Shown here one piece after another: positions 62,042 to 64,000 of a stretch of DNA of 64,000 nt. This stretch comes from an uncultured Gemmatimonadales bacterium (GTDB lineage Bacteria > Gemmatimonadota > Gemmatimonadetes > Gemmatimonadales > Gemmatimonadaceae): NCBI GenBank assembly GCA_963701965.1, contig OY969695.1:2336001-2400000 (forward strand). Reading direction: 5' to 3'. A program made the position numbers and the translations under genes. The notes beneath the pieces are model-generated. The model did no database searches, was not told where the DNA came from, and was given only the letters and a program-made list of their open reading frames with translations. Every line of letters starts with the position of its first letter. Position 1 is the first letter of the stretch.

Positions 62042-62081
62042 CAGGCGGACTGAGCTTGGCTGTGAGGGGCTTGAGGGGGCG

Positions 62082-62834
62082 CTACGGGCGAACAAAGAAC
62101 CATATGGTCATCGTGAGGCCGATCGCGATCACCAGTGTTCTGATCCGCGCCGGCGGGACGCGGCGCGCAATCGCTCCGCCGGCGTAGCCGCCCACGATCG
62201 CCGAGATCGCCATCACGATCGCGGGCCGCCAGACGATCTCGTGGGCCACGGCGAAGGCCACGGCCGCGACGACGTTGAGGCAACCGGTGAGCAACGTCTT
62301 GAGCCCATTCATCTGGTGCAGCTCGGTCATGCCGGCGAGCGTCATCACGCCGAGCATCAGAATGCCGACGCCGCCGCCGAAGTACCCGCCGTAGATCGTG
62401 ATGACAAACAACGCGCCGATGAGCACGGGGACGCCGATACGGACGCGGCGCCGGACGGCTTCGGCGACCCGCCGCCCGCCGGCGAACACCAGCGTGGCCG
62501 TCAGCAGGAGCCATGGCGTGAGCGCCGCGAACGTCGCGGGGGGCGTCGACAGCAGCAGCCGGGCGCCGATCAGGCCACCGACCAAACTGATGGCGATCAG
62601 GGCGATGAGCGTCGGCCGTCCCAGTCCGGCGAGGTCGCGACGGTAGGCCACCGCGCTGGCCAGCGATCCCGGGCACACGCCGGCCGTGCTGGTGGCGTTG
62701 GCGACGATCGGAGACAGGCCGGCGAAGATGAGGGACGGGAAGGTCAGGAACGTGCCGCCGCCGGCGACCGCGTTGATGGCTCCGGCCGCGAATGCCGCCG
62801 CGGCCAGAAGGGCATCGGTGGTCCAGTGGATCAG
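62082..62834 (-). CDS. TauE/SafE (TSUP) family membrane transporter
   Basis: AGAINAVAGGGTFLTFP, ANATS and YGGYFGGGVG. The frame extends past the ORF-track start to a CTG overlapping the upstream TGA. Confidence 0.85.
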   Translation of the reverse strand: MIHWTTDALLAAAAFAAGAINAVAGGGTFLTFPSLIFAGLSPIVANATSTAGVCPGSLASAVAYRRDLAGLGRPTLIALIAISLVGGLIGARLLLSTPPATFAALTPWLLLTATLVFAGGRRVAEAVRRRVRIGVPVLIGALFVITIYGGYFGGGVGILMLGVMTLAGMTELHQMNGLKTLLTGCLNVVAAVAFAVAHEIVWRPAIVMAISAIVGGYAGGAIARRVPPARIRTLVIAIGLTMTIWFFVRP

Positions 62835-63796
62835 TGCAGAGTCCTCAATGCCTTGCGGGCGTCGCCGTCCTTGGGGTTGAGCGCCACCGCAAGCTGAAAC
62901 TCGGCGCGCGCGGAATCCGGCTGATTGGTGAGCGCGAACACGTGGCCGAGACGGTAATGCGCGCCCGAGAGCTGCACGCGTTTGGAAGGGTTGGCCGCGA
63001 ACGGAGACGCAATGAACCGTTCCAACGCCGTCGCGGCCTGATCGAGGCGTTGCCCCGACAACGTGGCGACCTGACCCAGCTCCAGCAAGGTGGGCCAGTC
63101 ATCGGGCCGGGTGGCGAGCCGGCGATCGAGGACGGCGAATGCCGAGTCGTACTCGGCGGTGTCGGAGAACCAGCGGGCCATCGCCACGTATCCCAGGGCA
63201 CTGTCCGGGAACGTGCTCATGATGGTGTCGGCGGTCGCCCGCACGCAGGTGCGATCGTGGGAGACGCGGCACGTGAGCAACAGCGACTGGAGTCCGGAGA
63301 ACGGCGCGAACGATTGCAAGATGATCGACATCGCGCGGGCGCGGTCTTTGTCGCCGCCGACGATACCGGGGGCCTGCGCGTAGTACTCGATCACATCGGT
63401 GCGCGCGTCGAGATTGGTGGAGTCGAGCGCGACGGCGTGCTCGAACGCGGACTTGCAGCGGCGGGCCAGCTTGTACTTGAAGAAGAACGCGGCCTCGAGC
63501 GCGTGGCCGGCGTACGCCTGTCCCAGGCGATCCCAGTACATCGCGTTGGTGGAGTCGAGGGCCACGGCGCGCTCGAACCAGTCGACCGCGGGGCCATAGT
63601 GGCCGGCGTCGAGCTCCGTCCGTCCGAGATAGAACGCGGCGACGGCGTTGTCCTTGCCATAAGGCTCGAAGATGGTCCACGCGGCGCCGCGGTTGCCCGC
63701 GCGGAACAGGGCGACGGCCGAGTCGAGCTGCGCCTGGATCACGCCGGGCACGAGGATGAGAGCGAGCAGCGCAGCCGAGCCGGACCATGGAGCCAT
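62831..63796 (-). CDS. Exported tetratricopeptide repeat protein
   Basis: Signal peptide, TPRs, APGIVGGDKDRA and GGAGGG RBS. Confidence 0.85.
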   Translation of the reverse strand: MAPWSGSAALLALILVPGVIQAQLDSAVALFRAGNRGAAWTIFEPYGKDNAVAAFYLGRTELDAGHYGPAVDWFERAVALDSTNAMYWDRLGQAYAGHALEAAFFFKYKLARRCKSAFEHAVALDSTNLDARTDVIEYYAQAPGIVGGDKDRARAMSIILQSFAPFSGLQSLLLTCRVSHDRTCVRATADTIMSTFPDSALGYVAMARWFSDTAEYDSAFAVLDRRLATRPDDWPTLLELGQVATLSGQRLDQAATALERFIASPFAANPSKRVQLSGAHYRLGHVFALTNQPDSARAEFQLAVALNPKDGDARKALRTLH

Positions 63797-63851
63797 GGAC
63801 AACCCTCCACGCCAAGGACGCGCCACCCGTTTGCCGCGTAATTTACGGAGT

Positions 63852-64000
63852 ATGGAGCCCGAGTTTGGCGAGCTGGCCTCGGCCGTCGCCGCATCCCTGC
63901 GCGCCGAACGCACGGCGCTCACGATGCGCTGGCTCGACCGCATCGCCGAGCGCGTGGCGCTGACGCCCAACCGGGTTTTCCCCACGGACCGGTTGCTCGA
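63852..64000 (+). CDS. N-terminus of a probable sensor/histidine kinase-type protein, runs off the window
   Basis: MEPEFGELASAVAASLRAERTALTMRWLDRIAERVALTPNRVFPTDRLL. Open to the window end; product inferred. Confidence 0.5.
   Translation, partial: MEPEFGELASAVAASLRAERTALTMRWLDRIAERVALTPNRVFPTDRLL

Noticed and set aside
62831..63796. Second TPR protein as part of the peptide module
   Set aside because: It has a signal peptide, is coupled to the TSUP gene and is separated by unrelated genes.

Overview
Gene-dense, GC-rich bacterial chromosomal segment. Gemmatimonadota-like is an inference from protein style, not a database result. About 60 CDS are present, mostly housekeeping or transport: tamB, Fic, nadB-nadA-nadC, three ABC systems, NDH-2, sucA, SufE/CDGSH, a TonB-dependent receptor, recQ, leuB and msrB. 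No rRNA, tRNA, CRISPR array or transposase was seen. The most interesting locus is 58.3-60.8 kb. A cytoplasmic TPR-like protein converges on an unannotated 49-aa lipoprotein-signal micropeptide (59753-59902, minus strand, ending SAGGGVMIGGG), which diverges from an AraC-family regulator. Paired G(T/C)GACG direct repeats 21 bp apart lie upstream of both the peptide gene and the TPR gene. This resembles a peptide-signalling (RRNPP-like) module in a diderm bacterium, and the function is inferred only. Other observations are widespread leaderless or bidirectional -10 promoters, several operator-like repeats, a probable pseudokinase after nadC, and three single-base insertions (sucA, a conserved hypothetical, recQ) that share a sequence context and are probably sequencing artefacts.
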